A DNA stretch of 64,000 nucleotides, from contig CAZZIO010000040.1 of NCBI GenBank assembly GCA_964654465.1, positions 64,001 to 128,000 on the forward strand. Reading direction: 5' to 3'. The stretch's first letter is position 1; each line of letters opens with the position of its first letter. The position numbers and the translations under genes were made by a program. Below the pieces are notes generated by a model. That model was not told the origin of the DNA, ran no database searches, and was given only the letters and a program-made list of their open reading frames with translations. Positions 39,000 through 49,390 of this stretch are shown piece after piece. This DNA comes from an uncultured Dictyoglomota bacterium. Its GTDB lineage: Bacteria; Dictyoglomota; Dictyoglomia; Dictyoglomales; Dictyoglomaceae.

Positions 39000-40652
39000 A
39001 TGAGAAAACATATACAAAATTTAGTAGAAAAAGCCATAAAAAAATATGAAGAGACTGAGAATATAAGTACTGATGGAATTGAAATTATTATAGAGGTCCC
39101 AAAACAGAAAGAATATGGGGATTATGCAACAGCTGTAGCCCTTCAAATAGCCCAAAAAAATAAAAAACCCCCAAGATTAATAGCAGAAAAATTAGTTACA
39201 TTTTTAGATGGTTCTCCTTTTATTGAAAAAGTTGAAGTTGCAGGACCTGGCTTTATAAACTTTTTCCTAAATGAGAAGGCTCTATGGGAAACCATTAAAG
39301 ATATAAGAAAAAACATAGATAAGTTAGTAAAAATACCCCCTAAAAAGAAAAAAATACAGTTGGAATTTGGTAGTATAAATCCTACAGGACCTATGCATAT
39401 TGCTCATGCAAGAGGAGTTACTATAGGTGATTCATTAGCTAATCTATTTAGAAGAATAGGCTGGAATATAGAAAAAGAATTTTATATAAACGATGCAGGC
39501 ACACAAATTGATCTTTTAGGAGAATCTTTATATGCCCGGTATATGCAACTTCAAGGCAAGGATTATGAGTTACCAGAAGAAGGATATCATGGAATATACC
39601 TTATTGACTTAGCAAAAGAACTTCTCAATAAAAAGGAAGAAATTGAAAAACTATCTGTTAATGAAAAGAAAGAATTCTTTAAAAATTATGCACTAAAAAG
39701 AATGTTAGAGAATATAAAGAATACCCTGTTAAATTTTGGGGTCGAATATGATGTATGGTTTAGTGAAAAGACTCTTCACGAAAACGGAAAAATTAAAGAG
39801 ATACTTGATATTCTTGAAAAAAGAGGTTTTTCTTATTATAAAGATGGGGCTATATGGTTCGCATCTACAAAATTTGGAGATGAGAAAGATAGAGTTTTAG
39901 TAAAAAGTGATGGAAAACCTACTTACTTTCTTGCAGACATAGCCTATCACTTAAATAAGATTGAACGAGGCTTTGATTGGATAATAGATGTTTGGGGAGC
40001 AGATCATCACGGCCACGTAACAAGGCTAAAAGGAGCTATACAAGCCTTAGGCTATTCCAAAGATATCTTAGAGATAATTTTAGTACAAGTAGTTAAACTT
40101 ATGAAAGGCAACGAAGAAATAAAAATGTCAAAAAGAACAGGTGATTTTATAACTCTTGACGAAGTACAAGAGGAAGTTGGAAGAGATCCTATAAGATTTT
40201 TCTTTCTTTTAAGAAGTCCTGAAAGTCAATTGGATTTTGATTTGGAACTTGCTAAGAAACAATCCTTAGAAAATCCAGTATATTATGTTCAATATGCTCA
40301 TGCAAGATGTTGTAGTATTTTGAAAAATGCCGAATCTCAAGGTCATAACCTATCAGACCTTGATAATGCAGATCTCTCATTGTTAAAGGAAGAAAAAGAG
40401 AAAGAGCTTATACTTACTCTTTTGAGATATCCAGAAAAATTAGAAGATATAACAAGAACATTGGAAATTCATCAGTTACCATTTTATCTACTTAATTTAA
40501 GCTCTCTCTTCCATGGTTATTATGATTCCTATAAAGTATTGGTGGAAGATAAAGATCTTGCCTTAGCAAGATTAGCCCTAATTGATTGTATCAGAATAAT
40601 AATAAAAGATGCTTTAAATATATTAGGAGTTTCAGCTCCAGAAAAAATGTAG
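39000..40652 (+). CDS. argS: Arginine--tRNA ligase
   Basis: GDYAT, AGPGFINF, NPTGPMHIAHAR, WGADHHG, KMSKRTG, YVQYAHAR, APEKM. Confidence 0.98.
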   Translation: MRKHIQNLVEKAIKKYEETENISTDGIEIIIEVPKQKEYGDYATAVALQIAQKNKKPPRLIAEKLVTFLDGSPFIEKVEVAGPGFINFFLNEKALWETIKDIRKNIDKLVKIPPKKKKIQLEFGSINPTGPMHIAHARGVTIGDSLANLFRRIGWNIEKEFYINDAGTQIDLLGESLYARYMQLQGKDYELPEEGYHGIYLIDLAKELLNKKEEIEKLSVNEKKEFFKNYALKRMLENIKNTLLNFGVEYDVWFSEKTLHENGKIKEILDILEKRGFSYYKDGAIWFASTKFGDEKDRVLVKSDGKPTYFLADIAYHLNKIERGFDWIIDVWGADHHGHVTRLKGAIQALGYSKDILEIILVQVVKLMKGNEEIKMSKRTGDFITLDEVQEEVGRDPIRFFFLLRSPESQLDFDLELAKKQSLENPVYYVQYAHARCCSILKNAESQGHNLSDLDNADLSLLKEEKEKELILTLLRYPEKLEDITRTLEIHQLPFYLLNLSSLFHGYYDSYKVLVEDKDLALARLALIDCIRIIIKDALNILGVSAPEKM

Positions 40653-40665
40653 GGGGGTGAAACTT

Positions 40666-41304
40666 ATGAAGATAATATGGTATGGACATTCATGTTTTGT
40701 ATTCACAAATTCAGAAGGTAAGAAAATCCTTACCGATCCTTTTGATACCTCTGTAGGATATGAGATTCCTAAAGAAGAAGTAGATATTGTAACAGTAAGT
40801 CATTCTCACTTTGACCACAATGCAGTACATCTATTAAAAGGGAATCCTATTGTTGTAGAAGGAGAAGGAGAAACTACTATCCATAATGTTAAGATAAAAG
40901 GCTTTAATACATATCATGATGAGGAAAAGGGGCAAAAAAGAGGTATCAATACTATTTATCTAATAGAAACAGATGGAATAAAGATACTTCATTTAGGTGA
41001 TTTAGGACATCCTTTAACGGATGAGTATAAAGAAAGAATTGGAGATGTGGATATACTCTTTATACCAGTAGGTGGAATCTATACTATTGATGCTGATAAG
41101 GCTATAAAGACCTTAGAAATAATAAAGCCTAAAATTGCAATACCAATGCATTACAAGACCCCACATCTTAAATTTGATCTTGCTAGAGTTGACGAATTCT
41201 TAAATAAGGTAAAATATCCAATTAAAAAATTTGATGAAAAAGAGATAGAAATTACAAAAGATAAATTACCAACAAATACTGAAGTTTGGGTCCTTCCATA
41301 TTAA
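40666..41304 (+). CDS. MBL-fold metallo-hydrolase
   Basis: WYGHSCF, TDPF, SHSHFDH, HLGDLGH, PVGG, PMHY; GTG 40657 is an alternative start. Confidence 0.9.
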   Translation: MKIIWYGHSCFVFTNSEGKKILTDPFDTSVGYEIPKEEVDIVTVSHSHFDHNAVHLLKGNPIVVEGEGETTIHNVKIKGFNTYHDEEKGQKRGINTIYLIETDGIKILHLGDLGHPLTDEYKERIGDVDILFIPVGGIYTIDADKAIKTLEIIKPKIAIPMHYKTPHLKFDLARVDEFLNKVKYPIKKFDEKEIEITKDKLPTNTEVWVLPY

Positions 41305-41327
41305 CATCTTTTAAGGGAGGTTCATAG

Positions 41328-41882
41328 ATGATATCAAGAGAAGAAGCTTTTAATAAACTAACAATATATGTGAAAAATAAAAATCTAATAAAGCATATGA
41401 TAGCAACAGAAGCTATAATGAGAACTTTAGCAAGAAAATTTGGAGAAGATGAAGAGAAATGGGGAATCACAGGACTTTTACATGATATTGATTATGAATT
41501 AACAGAAAAAGAACCTGAAAAACATAGTCTCTTAGCAGAAGAAATTTTAAAAGATGTATCTCTTCCTTCAGATATAATTGATGCTATCAAAGCTCACAAT
41601 GAAATACATGGCTTACCAAGAGAAACCCTTTTAGCTAAATCACTATATGCTGTGGATCCTTTAACAGGTCTAATTGTGGCTGCAGCCCTTATACATCCTG
41701 AAAAAAAACTTGCACCATTAGATACAAACTTTATTCTAAATAGATTTAAAGAGAAAAGTTTTGCCAGAGGAGCAAATAGAGAACAAATAAAATCATGTGA
41801 AGAAATAGGATTATCCTTAGAAGAATTTATATCCTTAGGCTTAGAAGCAATGAAATCTGTATCTAACGATTTAGACCTATAA
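41328..41882 (+). CDS. HD/HDIG-domain metal-dependent phosphohydrolase
   Basis: KHMIA, GLLHDIDYE, AHN, AVDPLTG, KSFARG. Confidence 0.88.
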   Translation: MISREEAFNKLTIYVKNKNLIKHMIATEAIMRTLARKFGEDEEKWGITGLLHDIDYELTEKEPEKHSLLAEEILKDVSLPSDIIDAIKAHNEIHGLPRETLLAKSLYAVDPLTGLIVAAALIHPEKKLAPLDTNFILNRFKEKSFARGANREQIKSCEEIGLSLEEFISLGLEAMKSVSNDLDL

Positions 41883-41898
41883 GGAAAGAGGTGTTTCT

Positions 41899-42366
41899 AT
41901 GAACACAAAAAAGATCACAAGAATTGCTTTTTATGCAGTCATATACAGTGTTCTAACAATAGTGTTTTCTCCTATTAGCTATGGACCTATTCAAGTTAGA
42001 ATTTCTGAATTCTTAACTTTATTTCCTTTTTTAGATTATCTTGCAATTCCAGGGCTTTTTTTGGGATGTTTTATTGCTAATATATTTAGTCCCGTTGGTT
42101 GGATAGATATGATCTTTGGTAGTTTGTGCACTTTAGTAGCTGCATATTTAACAAGAAAGATGCCCAATATATATCTTGCTCCTTTACCACCAATTTTAGT
42201 AAATGCTTTTGGGGTTAGCCTTTATTTACATTTATTCTTTAACCTTCCATATTTTCTAAATGTTCTTTATATAGGAATTGGTGAAGCTATTGCTACTTAT
42301 GTAATAGGACTTCCAATTGTCTTATATATACTTAAAAGCCCACAATTAAAAAAATATTTTGAGTAA
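41899..42366 (+). CDS. queT: QueT-family (ECF S component) queuosine-precursor transporter
   Basis: ISYGPIQVRISEFL, GLFLGCFIANIFSP, DMIFGSL, PPILVNA, IGE. Confidence 0.88.
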   Translation: MNTKKITRIAFYAVIYSVLTIVFSPISYGPIQVRISEFLTLFPFLDYLAIPGLFLGCFIANIFSPVGWIDMIFGSLCTLVAAYLTRKMPNIYLAPLPPILVNAFGVSLYLHLFFNLPYFLNVLYIGIGEAIATYVIGLPIVLYILKSPQLKKYFE

Positions 42367-42378
42367 AGGGGTAGCAAA

Positions 42379-43593
42379 ATGAAAAGAGTAAGAATAGAGG
42401 AAGAATTAGAGATATTAACCTCTAACGTAGTTGAAATAATACCCGAAAATGGATTAGAAGAAAAGCTAAAAAAAGCAAGAGAAGAGGACAGACCTTTAAG
42501 AGTTAAACTTGGAGCAGACCCATCTGCTCCAGATCTCCATTTAGGACATGCTGTAGTGCTTAGAAAATTGAAACAATTTCAAGATCTGGGACATCAGGTC
42601 GTATTCATCATTGGTGATTTTACCGCAAGAATAGGTGACCCATCAGGAAGATCAGAAGCAAGAAAACCTTTAACACCTGAACAAGTAAAGAAAAATGCTT
42701 TAACTTATCAAGAGCAGGTTGGAAAAATTCTGGATATATCAAAAGCTGAGATAAGATACCAAGAAGAATGGTTTGGGGGAATGAAGTTAGAAGATGTTTT
42801 AGTCCTTACATCTAAATATACCCTTGCCAGAATGTTAGAAAGGGATGATTTTGCTCAAAGATTCAAAGAACAAAGACCTATATTTTTACATGAGATCATG
42901 TATCCTCTCCTTCAAGCCTATGATTCTGTAGCTATAAAAGCAGATATAGAATTGGGAGGAACTGATCAAAAATTTAATCTAATAGTAGGAAGAGAAATAC
43001 AAAGAGAGTATGGTTTAGAGCCTCAAGTAGCTATGCTTATGCCTATATTAGAGGGTTTAGACGGCAGACAGAAAATGAGCAAAAGTCTTGGAAATTATAT
43101 AGGTCTTACAGAACCTCCAAATCAGATGTATGGTAAGGTAATGTCAATACCCGATGAATTAATAATAAGATATTTTGAACTTGCCACAGAACTATCTAAG
43201 GAGGAGATCAGAGAAATAGAAAGAAAAATGAAAGAAGGAATATTAAATCCAAGAGATGCAAAAGCAAGATTAGCAAGAGAAATTGTGAAGATTTATCATG
43301 GAGAAGAAGCAAGTATAAGAGCAGAAGAAGAATTTAATAGAATATTCCGTAACAAAGAACTCCCTGAGGAAGTACAAGAAGTAATAATTAATGAACCTAA
43401 AATCTGGATAGTAAAATTATTGACCTTAGTAGGTGCAGCAAAAAGTAATAGTGAGGCAAAAAGATTAATATCTCAAGGCGCTGTAGAAATTAATGGCACA
43501 AGAATTGAAGATATAAATACAGATATAGAAATTGATAAACCCTTTATCTTGAGGGTTGGAAAACACTTTTTTAGGAGGATTAAAAGAGAGTGA
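42379..43593 (+). CDS. tyrS: Tyrosine--tRNA ligase
   Basis: GADPSAPDLHLGH, YPLLQAYDS, GGTDQKFN, KMSKS, C-terminal S4 domain. Confidence 0.98.
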   Translation: MKRVRIEEELEILTSNVVEIIPENGLEEKLKKAREEDRPLRVKLGADPSAPDLHLGHAVVLRKLKQFQDLGHQVVFIIGDFTARIGDPSGRSEARKPLTPEQVKKNALTYQEQVGKILDISKAEIRYQEEWFGGMKLEDVLVLTSKYTLARMLERDDFAQRFKEQRPIFLHEIMYPLLQAYDSVAIKADIELGGTDQKFNLIVGREIQREYGLEPQVAMLMPILEGLDGRQKMSKSLGNYIGLTEPPNQMYGKVMSIPDELIIRYFELATELSKEEIREIERKMKEGILNPRDAKARLAREIVKIYHGEEASIRAEEEFNRIFRNKELPEEVQEVIINEPKIWIVKLLTLVGAAKSNSEAKRLISQGAVEINGTRIEDINTDIEIDKPFILRVGKHFFRRIKRE

Positions 43594-44438
43594 AAAGAAA
43601 AATAATCACCATAACTGTATTTTTAGGAAGCCTCGTAGTAATAACAACAGCAAAAATTATTGAAACTAATCTTTGGAATAAAAATTTGCATTTAAGACCT
43701 ATAAAAGAAATCATTATTGTTGATGGAAATAAAAGACCTATAAAAGTAAGAACAAATGCTGGTTTTGTTTGGGAAGTTTTAGAAGAAAAAAATATTAAAG
43801 TATCGAAATATGATATTGTTAGTCCACCCGCTCGTACTCCTCTTACAGCCAGAATAAAGGAAATTCGCATCACAAGGGTAAAAGAAGAAACAGTCCAAAA
43901 AATTAGAATCATAGAACCCAAGATTATCTTAAAAGTTAAAGCTGGAAATATTTATAAAGAAGAAATTCTTCAACCAGGAAAGATTGGAAAAATCCAAGAA
44001 ACATATAAAAGAAAATATATTAATGGAAAACTTGCAGAAGAAAAAAAACTATCCTCAAAAGAAATCCAAAAAATGACCCCTAAAGTAATAAATGTAATCT
44101 CTCCAGTACTCAAATATTTAAATCTAAAATCAGCAGAATATGAGGTAATAAAACCAATTACTGTAACTGCTACAGCTTATGAGCCTTGGACAGGAGGAGA
44201 TGGAAACAATATAACTGCTCTTGGATGGAAGGCCATGAAAGGAATAATAGCAGTAGACCCAAGATATATTCCCTTACGAAGTACTTTTTATATTCCTAAT
44301 TATGGATTTGCCATTGCAGGTGATACAGGGGGCTTAATAAAAGGATGGAAAGTGGACCTTTGTTATCCCACAGTTAGAGAGGTTATTAATTTTGGAAGAA
44401 GAAAAATCACTATTTATCTTTTAAAAAGAATATCTTAA
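43590..44438 (+). CDS. YabE/Sps-like G5 + 3D-domain cell-wall protein
   Basis: N-terminal anchor, G5-like segment, 3D motifs ATAY, IAVDPRYIPL, DTGG.IKG.KVDL; directly upstream of rsmA. Confidence 0.85.
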   Translation: MKRKIITITVFLGSLVVITTAKIIETNLWNKNLHLRPIKEIIIVDGNKRPIKVRTNAGFVWEVLEEKNIKVSKYDIVSPPARTPLTARIKEIRITRVKEETVQKIRIIEPKIILKVKAGNIYKEEILQPGKIGKIQETYKRKYINGKLAEEKKLSSKEIQKMTPKVINVISPVLKYLNLKSAEYEVIKPITVTATAYEPWTGGDGNNITALGWKAMKGIIAVDPRYIPLRSTFYIPNYGFAIAGDTGGLIKGWKVDLCYPTVREVINFGRRKITIYLLKRIS

Positions 44439-45271
44439 TGGAATTAACCGATAAAAGCACATTATTATCACTATTAAAGAAACATAACATATTTTTAAAA
44501 AAAAGCCTTGGTCAAAATTTTTTAATAAACCCTTATGTTTTAAAAAAAATAGTAGATCAATTAGGTATAACAAAGGAAGACACTATTTTAGAGATAGGAT
44601 GCGGAGTAGGTACTCTTACTTTAGAACTTGCAAAAAGAGCAAAAGAAGTTATTGGAATTGAAGTAGATAAAAGATTTAAACCCATATTAGAGGAACTTTT
44701 AAAAGATTATAACATCAAACTTATCTTTGAGGATGTGTTAAAAGTAGATCTTAAAAAGATTATAACGCAACCCTATAAACTAACCGGAAATCTCCCCTAT
44801 TATATCTCAGGATCTTTTTTAGGAGAATACTTGAAAAAAGGACCTTATGCCCAGATAATGGTACTCATGCTTCAAAAAGAAATGTTTGAAAGAATAACTT
44901 CGAAAGCAGGCTCTAAAAAATATAGTCCTTTATCTATCCTTTTAAGTTTAAACTACAAATATGAATTAATAACAAAAGTCTCCCCTGATTCATTTTTTCC
45001 ACCACCAGAAATTGAATCAGTAGTCATAAAACTCATATATTCTCCTACACCTTATAATATTTTAGATAAGGATCTTTTTTATAACATATTAAGGATAGGC
45101 TTTACCCAAAGAAGAAAATATCTTATTAACAATCTACAAAGGTATTTACCTCAGATTGAATGGAAAGCTTTATTTAAAGATTTAAACATAGATTTAAAAG
45201 CAAGAGCAGAAGAGATACCACCAGAAATGTTTATCGAACTTGCTAATAAGGTGAAAAACTATGAAAATTAA
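44438..45271 (+). CDS. rsmA: 16S rRNA dimethyltransferase RsmA/KsgA
   Basis: KKSLGQNFL, EIGCGVG, NLPYYI, QKE, FFPPP, QRRK. Confidence 0.97.
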   Translation: MELTDKSTLLSLLKKHNIFLKKSLGQNFLINPYVLKKIVDQLGITKEDTILEIGCGVGTLTLELAKRAKEVIGIEVDKRFKPILEELLKDYNIKLIFEDVLKVDLKKIITQPYKLTGNLPYYISGSFLGEYLKKGPYAQIMVLMLQKEMFERITSKAGSKKYSPLSILLSLNYKYELITKVSPDSFFPPPEIESVVIKLIYSPTPYNILDKDLFYNILRIGFTQRRKYLINNLQRYLPQIEWKALFKDLNIDLKARAEEIPPEMFIELANKVKNYEN

Positions 45272-46121
45272 ACTGTTAACTTTTGCCAAGCTTACCCTTA
45301 TTCTTGATGTAATTGATAAAAGGACTGACGGATATCATAATGTTAAAATACTCCTACATAACATAAATCTGAGTGATTTTATGAGTATCAATTTAATTCC
45401 ATATCCCTATTTTATTTTAGAAACTAATCTCCATATACCCCCAAAAGAAAATTTAATATATAAGGGTTATAAAGCCTTTATAAAAGAGACAGGAATAAAA
45501 ATCGGATGCAAAATCTTTCTTCATAAAAGAATACCAAAAGAAGCAGGGCTTGGAGGTGGAAGTTCTAATGCAGCAGGTATAATATACGGATTAAATATAC
45601 TTACCAAAGCAAATCTTTCCTTAGAAGAAATGGCCAATATAGGAAAATTTTTGGGATCAGATATACCTTTCTTCTTTTATGGGGGATCCTCTGTTGCTGA
45701 GGGAAGAGGTGAAATAATTAAAAAAATTAAACATCAAAGATTAAAATTCCTTTTAATCTTTCCACCTTTTGGAATAAGCACTAAAGAGGTATACTCAAAA
45801 ATCTCTAAAGATCTATTAGGAAATCATATAGCTTTTGAACAAAAGGTTTCAGAATATACCAATGGAATCTACATTAAACCATATAATTTTTTAGAAAAAA
45901 TAACCTTTAATATGTATCCAGAACTTGCTATGATTAAGAAAGAAATAGAGAAAGTCACTGAATATGTTTCCATGACAGGATCAGGTTCAACCATTTTTGT
46001 AATGTTAAAAGATAAAGAAGAGGCAAAAAAAATCTTGGAAAGACTAAACAAATATATAGAAAAAGGGTATAAAATAAAATTGGTAGATTCAGCAGAACAA
46101 GGAATCAAAATCTTAAGATAA
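45261..46121 (+). CDS. ispE: 4-diphosphocytidyl-2-C-methyl-D-erythritol kinase
   Basis: KRTDGYH, KRIPKEAGLGGGSSNAA, GSDIPFF, MTGSGST. Confidence 0.96.
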   Translation: MKIKLLTFAKLTLILDVIDKRTDGYHNVKILLHNINLSDFMSINLIPYPYFILETNLHIPPKENLIYKGYKAFIKETGIKIGCKIFLHKRIPKEAGLGGGSSNAAGIIYGLNILTKANLSLEEMANIGKFLGSDIPFFFYGGSSVAEGRGEIIKKIKHQRLKFLLIFPPFGISTKEVYSKISKDLLGNHIAFEQKVSEYTNGIYIKPYNFLEKITFNMYPELAMIKKEIEKVTEYVSMTGSGSTIFVMLKDKEEAKKILERLNKYIEKGYKIKLVDSAEQGIKILR

Positions 46122-46135
46122 AAGGAGTGTTTTAA

Positions 46136-47362
46136 ATGATAGGATTAAAAGATGTTGAGACCTCAAGGATGAGGATTTTACCCTATATCCACAAAACCCC
46201 CCTAACCTACTCCCAAAGTTTCAGTGATCTTACAGGTAAAGATATCTATTTAAAGTTTGAAAATCTTCAAAAAACAGGTTCCTTTAAAATAAGAGGAGCT
46301 ATGAACTACATATCCCAATTAAAAGACAAAAAAATAAACGGTATAGTTACCGCTTCCGCTGGAAATCATGCCCAGGGAGTGGCATATGCTGGAAAACTTT
46401 TTAACATTAAAACTATTATCGTAATGCCTGAAAATACACCACTAATTAAGATTATAACCACGAAAAGTTATGGGGCTTATGTTATTCTTCATGGGAAAAT
46501 ATATGACGAGTCTTATTCCTATGCCAAAAGTATTGCAGAAGCTGAAAAAATAGAATTTATTCCAGCCTTTGATGATGAAAAAATAATAGCAGGACAAGGA
46601 ACTATTGGTTTAGAAATTTTAGAAGATCTTGAAGATATAGACGCAGTAATAGTACCTGTTGGAGGAGGTGGCCTTTCTGCAGGCATTTGCATAGCTATAA
46701 AAGAAAAAAATCCAAAAATAAAAGTTTATGGAGTACAATCTATAGCTTTTCCTTATTTTTATGAGAAATTTAAAAATACAAAAATAGAAAATAAACCTTC
46801 TCAAACCATAGCAGAAGGGATAGCAGTCAAAAAAACTGGTGAAATTACTTATTCTATATTGGAAAAATATTTAGATGATGTCTTTGTCGTTGATGAAGAA
46901 AAAATTGCTCAAGCTATATTACTCTTTCTGGAAAGAGCAAAAACACTGGTTGAAGGAGCTGGAGCAACCACTCTTGCTGTTTTATTAGAATATGGGAATT
47001 TTATTCCTGAAAAGAAAATAGTACTCATATTAAGTGGAGGAAACATTGATGTAACCCTCCTCTCAAAAATAATCGAATACGGACTTATCGAAACTGGAAG
47101 ACTGGTACATATGATAGTAAAATTGCCTGATTTACCAGGACATCTTTCAAGAGTGATAAATGTAATATCAGAAGAAAAAGCAAATATAATAACAATTCAT
47201 CAAGATCCATCCTTACCTTTATTTCCTAAAATAGAGAGTACTGTAGAATTTACCTTAGAGACAAAAAACCCCGACCAAATTAGAAGAATTTTTGATAAAA
47301 TAAGAGGAATAGGATACGATGTTGAAATCTTAGAAAAAGGAGGTTTAAAGAAAAGTGAATGA
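46136..47362 (+). CDS. ilvA: Threonine ammonia-lyase with C-terminal ACT domain
   Basis: ENLQKTGSFKIRGA, SAGNHAQG, PVGGGGL, SGGN, LPDLPG. Confidence 0.92.
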   Translation: MIGLKDVETSRMRILPYIHKTPLTYSQSFSDLTGKDIYLKFENLQKTGSFKIRGAMNYISQLKDKKINGIVTASAGNHAQGVAYAGKLFNIKTIIVMPENTPLIKIITTKSYGAYVILHGKIYDESYSYAKSIAEAEKIEFIPAFDDEKIIAGQGTIGLEILEDLEDIDAVIVPVGGGGLSAGICIAIKEKNPKIKVYGVQSIAFPYFYEKFKNTKIENKPSQTIAEGIAVKKTGEITYSILEKYLDDVFVVDEEKIAQAILLFLERAKTLVEGAGATTLAVLLEYGNFIPEKKIVLILSGGNIDVTLLSKIIEYGLIETGRLVHMIVKLPDLPGHLSRVINVISEEKANIITIHQDPSLPLFPKIESTVEFTLETKNPDQIRRIFDKIRGIGYDVEILEKGGLKKSE

Positions 47363-48416
47363 CTTATTACAAATGTTAAAAGAGATCACAGAAGCCAGTG
47401 GTGTTTCAGGATATGAAAAGGAAATAAGAGAGGTAGTTAAAAAATATCTTAGAGATTATGCAAGTTTAGAAGAAGATCGCTTAGGAAGTCTTATCTTTAA
47501 GAAAGAGGGACAAAACCCTTATCCCAAGGTTATGCTTGCTGCCCATATGGATGAAATTGGTTTTATGGTAAAGAGTATTACCACAAATGGATATATAAAA
47601 TTCTTACCTCTTGGTGGTTGGTGGGATCAAGTGTTACTTTCTCAAAGAGTAGTTATACATACTCAAAAAGGACCTGTTATCGGAGTAATCGGATCAAAAC
47701 CACCTCATATTCTTACAGAAGAAGAAAGAAAAAAAGTTGTAGAAAAGAAAGATATGTATATAGATGTAGGGGCTAAGAGCGAAGAAGAAGCTTTAAATAT
47801 GGGAATAAGACCAGGAGATCCTATAACTCCAAAAAGTGATTTTACTATTATGAATAATCCTGATTTGCTTATTGCAAAGGCATGGGATGATAGAGTTGGT
47901 TGTGCATTAATGATCGAAATTATTAAAGAACTAAAAAGTATAAATCATCCCAACACTGTATTCGGTGTAGCCACAGTACAAGAAGAAGTTGGTCTTAGAG
48001 GAGCAGTAACTTCTTCTTATGTAATAAATCCTGATGTTGCCATAGTCTTAGAATCGGATATAGCTACCGATATGCCAGGCACAGAAGAGGAAAAAAAGGT
48101 ATTTTTAGGAAAAGGACCTTCCATTATACTTTATGATGCTACCATGATCCCTAATATCAATCTAAGAAGAATTTTTATTGAAACTGCGGAAAAATTAAAT
48201 ATTTCAATCCAATTTTCAGCCTTAGAAAAAGGTGGTACTGATGGAGGAAGAATTCATATTCATGCTAAAGGTGTACCTTCCATAGTAATTGGTGTCCCAG
48301 CAAGATATATTCATTCCCATACAAGCATAATAAATATTCAAGATTTCCTAAATGCAAAAAGACTTATATTAGAAGTAATAAAAAGATTAGATAAAGAAAT
48401 TGTAGAAAATTTATGA
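47355..48416 (+). CDS. M42 family (TET-like) aminopeptidase
   Basis: AAHMDEIG, KAWDDR, QEEVGLRGA, GGTDGG, RYIHS. Confidence 0.94.
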   Translation: MNDLLQMLKEITEASGVSGYEKEIREVVKKYLRDYASLEEDRLGSLIFKKEGQNPYPKVMLAAHMDEIGFMVKSITTNGYIKFLPLGGWWDQVLLSQRVVIHTQKGPVIGVIGSKPPHILTEEERKKVVEKKDMYIDVGAKSEEEALNMGIRPGDPITPKSDFTIMNNPDLLIAKAWDDRVGCALMIEIIKELKSINHPNTVFGVATVQEEVGLRGAVTSSYVINPDVAIVLESDIATDMPGTEEEKKVFLGKGPSIILYDATMIPNINLRRIFIETAEKLNISIQFSALEKGGTDGGRIHIHAKGVPSIVIGVPARYIHSHTSIINIQDFLNAKRLILEVIKRLDKEIVENL

Positions 48417-49387
48417 GAAAAAGAGCCATATCCCTTCTATCAGGTGGATTAGATAGTATACTAGCAACATGGCTTATCCTTCAACAGGGGGTAGAAATAA
48501 TCGGAATATCTTTTTCTACCCCCTTTTTTGATACAGAAAAAGCCAAAAAAGCTGCTGAATTTCTCAATATCCCTTTGGAAATTATTGATGTGACTGATGA
48601 ATTTATACCTATATTATTAAACCCAAGATATGGTTATGGAAAAAACATGAATCCTTGTATTGACTGTCATGCTTTTATGATAAAAAAAGCAAAAGAACTA
48701 CTTAAAAAATATAATGCTGATTTCATTGTGACAGGTGAAGTTTTGGGAGAAAGACCCATGTCCCAAAATAAACAATCCTTAAAAATTGTAGAAAAATACT
48801 CTGAGGCAGAGGACATATTACTTAGACCATTATCAGCAAAAATACTTCCCCCAACAAAACCTGAAAGAGAAGGCTTAATAGATCGAAGCAAATTATTAGA
48901 TATAAAGGGCAGATCAAGAAAAATACAACTTGATCTTGCAAAAAGAATAGGATTAAAAGAAATTCCAACTCCTGCTGGTGGTTGTCTCCTCACAGAACCT
49001 AATTTCTCAAGGAGACTTAAAGATCTTATAGAACATCAAAAACTCATCTCAAAAAGAGATTTAGAACTTTTAAAATTGGGTAGACACTTTAGAATTGATG
49101 AGGTAAAAATCATTGTAGGGAGAAACAAAGAAGAAAACGAAAAATTGTTAGAATTAGCAAATCATGAAGATATAATTATAAAAGCAGAAGAACCGTCTCC
49201 CATAGTACTAATACCCCAGAAAATAGAAAATGAAATAATTTTAGAAATAGCAGGAAAAATTGCAGGATATTATAGCGATCATAGAAATAAAGAAAAGGTA
49301 ATAATAAAAATAAAACATGGAGAAAAGGAAAAAGAGTCAGAAATAGAACCATATAATAAAGAAAATTTTCCTTATAAACCTATATAG
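48413..49387 (+). CDS. PP-loop tRNA thiolase-like protein (ThiI/MnmA-related) with probable NFACT-R/DUF814 C-terminal domain
   Basis: LLSGGLDS, NPCIDCH, TGEVLGERPMSQ, PAGGCLLT, GRHFR, VGRNKEENE. Confidence 0.8.
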   Translation: MRKRAISLLSGGLDSILATWLILQQGVEIIGISFSTPFFDTEKAKKAAEFLNIPLEIIDVTDEFIPILLNPRYGYGKNMNPCIDCHAFMIKKAKELLKKYNADFIVTGEVLGERPMSQNKQSLKIVEKYSEAEDILLRPLSAKILPPTKPEREGLIDRSKLLDIKGRSRKIQLDLAKRIGLKEIPTPAGGCLLTEPNFSRRLKDLIEHQKLISKRDLELLKLGRHFRIDEVKIIVGRNKEENEKLLELANHEDIIIKAEEPSPIVLIPQKIENEIILEIAGKIAGYYSDHRNKEKVIIKIKHGEKEKESEIEPYNKENFPYKPI

Positions 49388-49390
49388 ATT

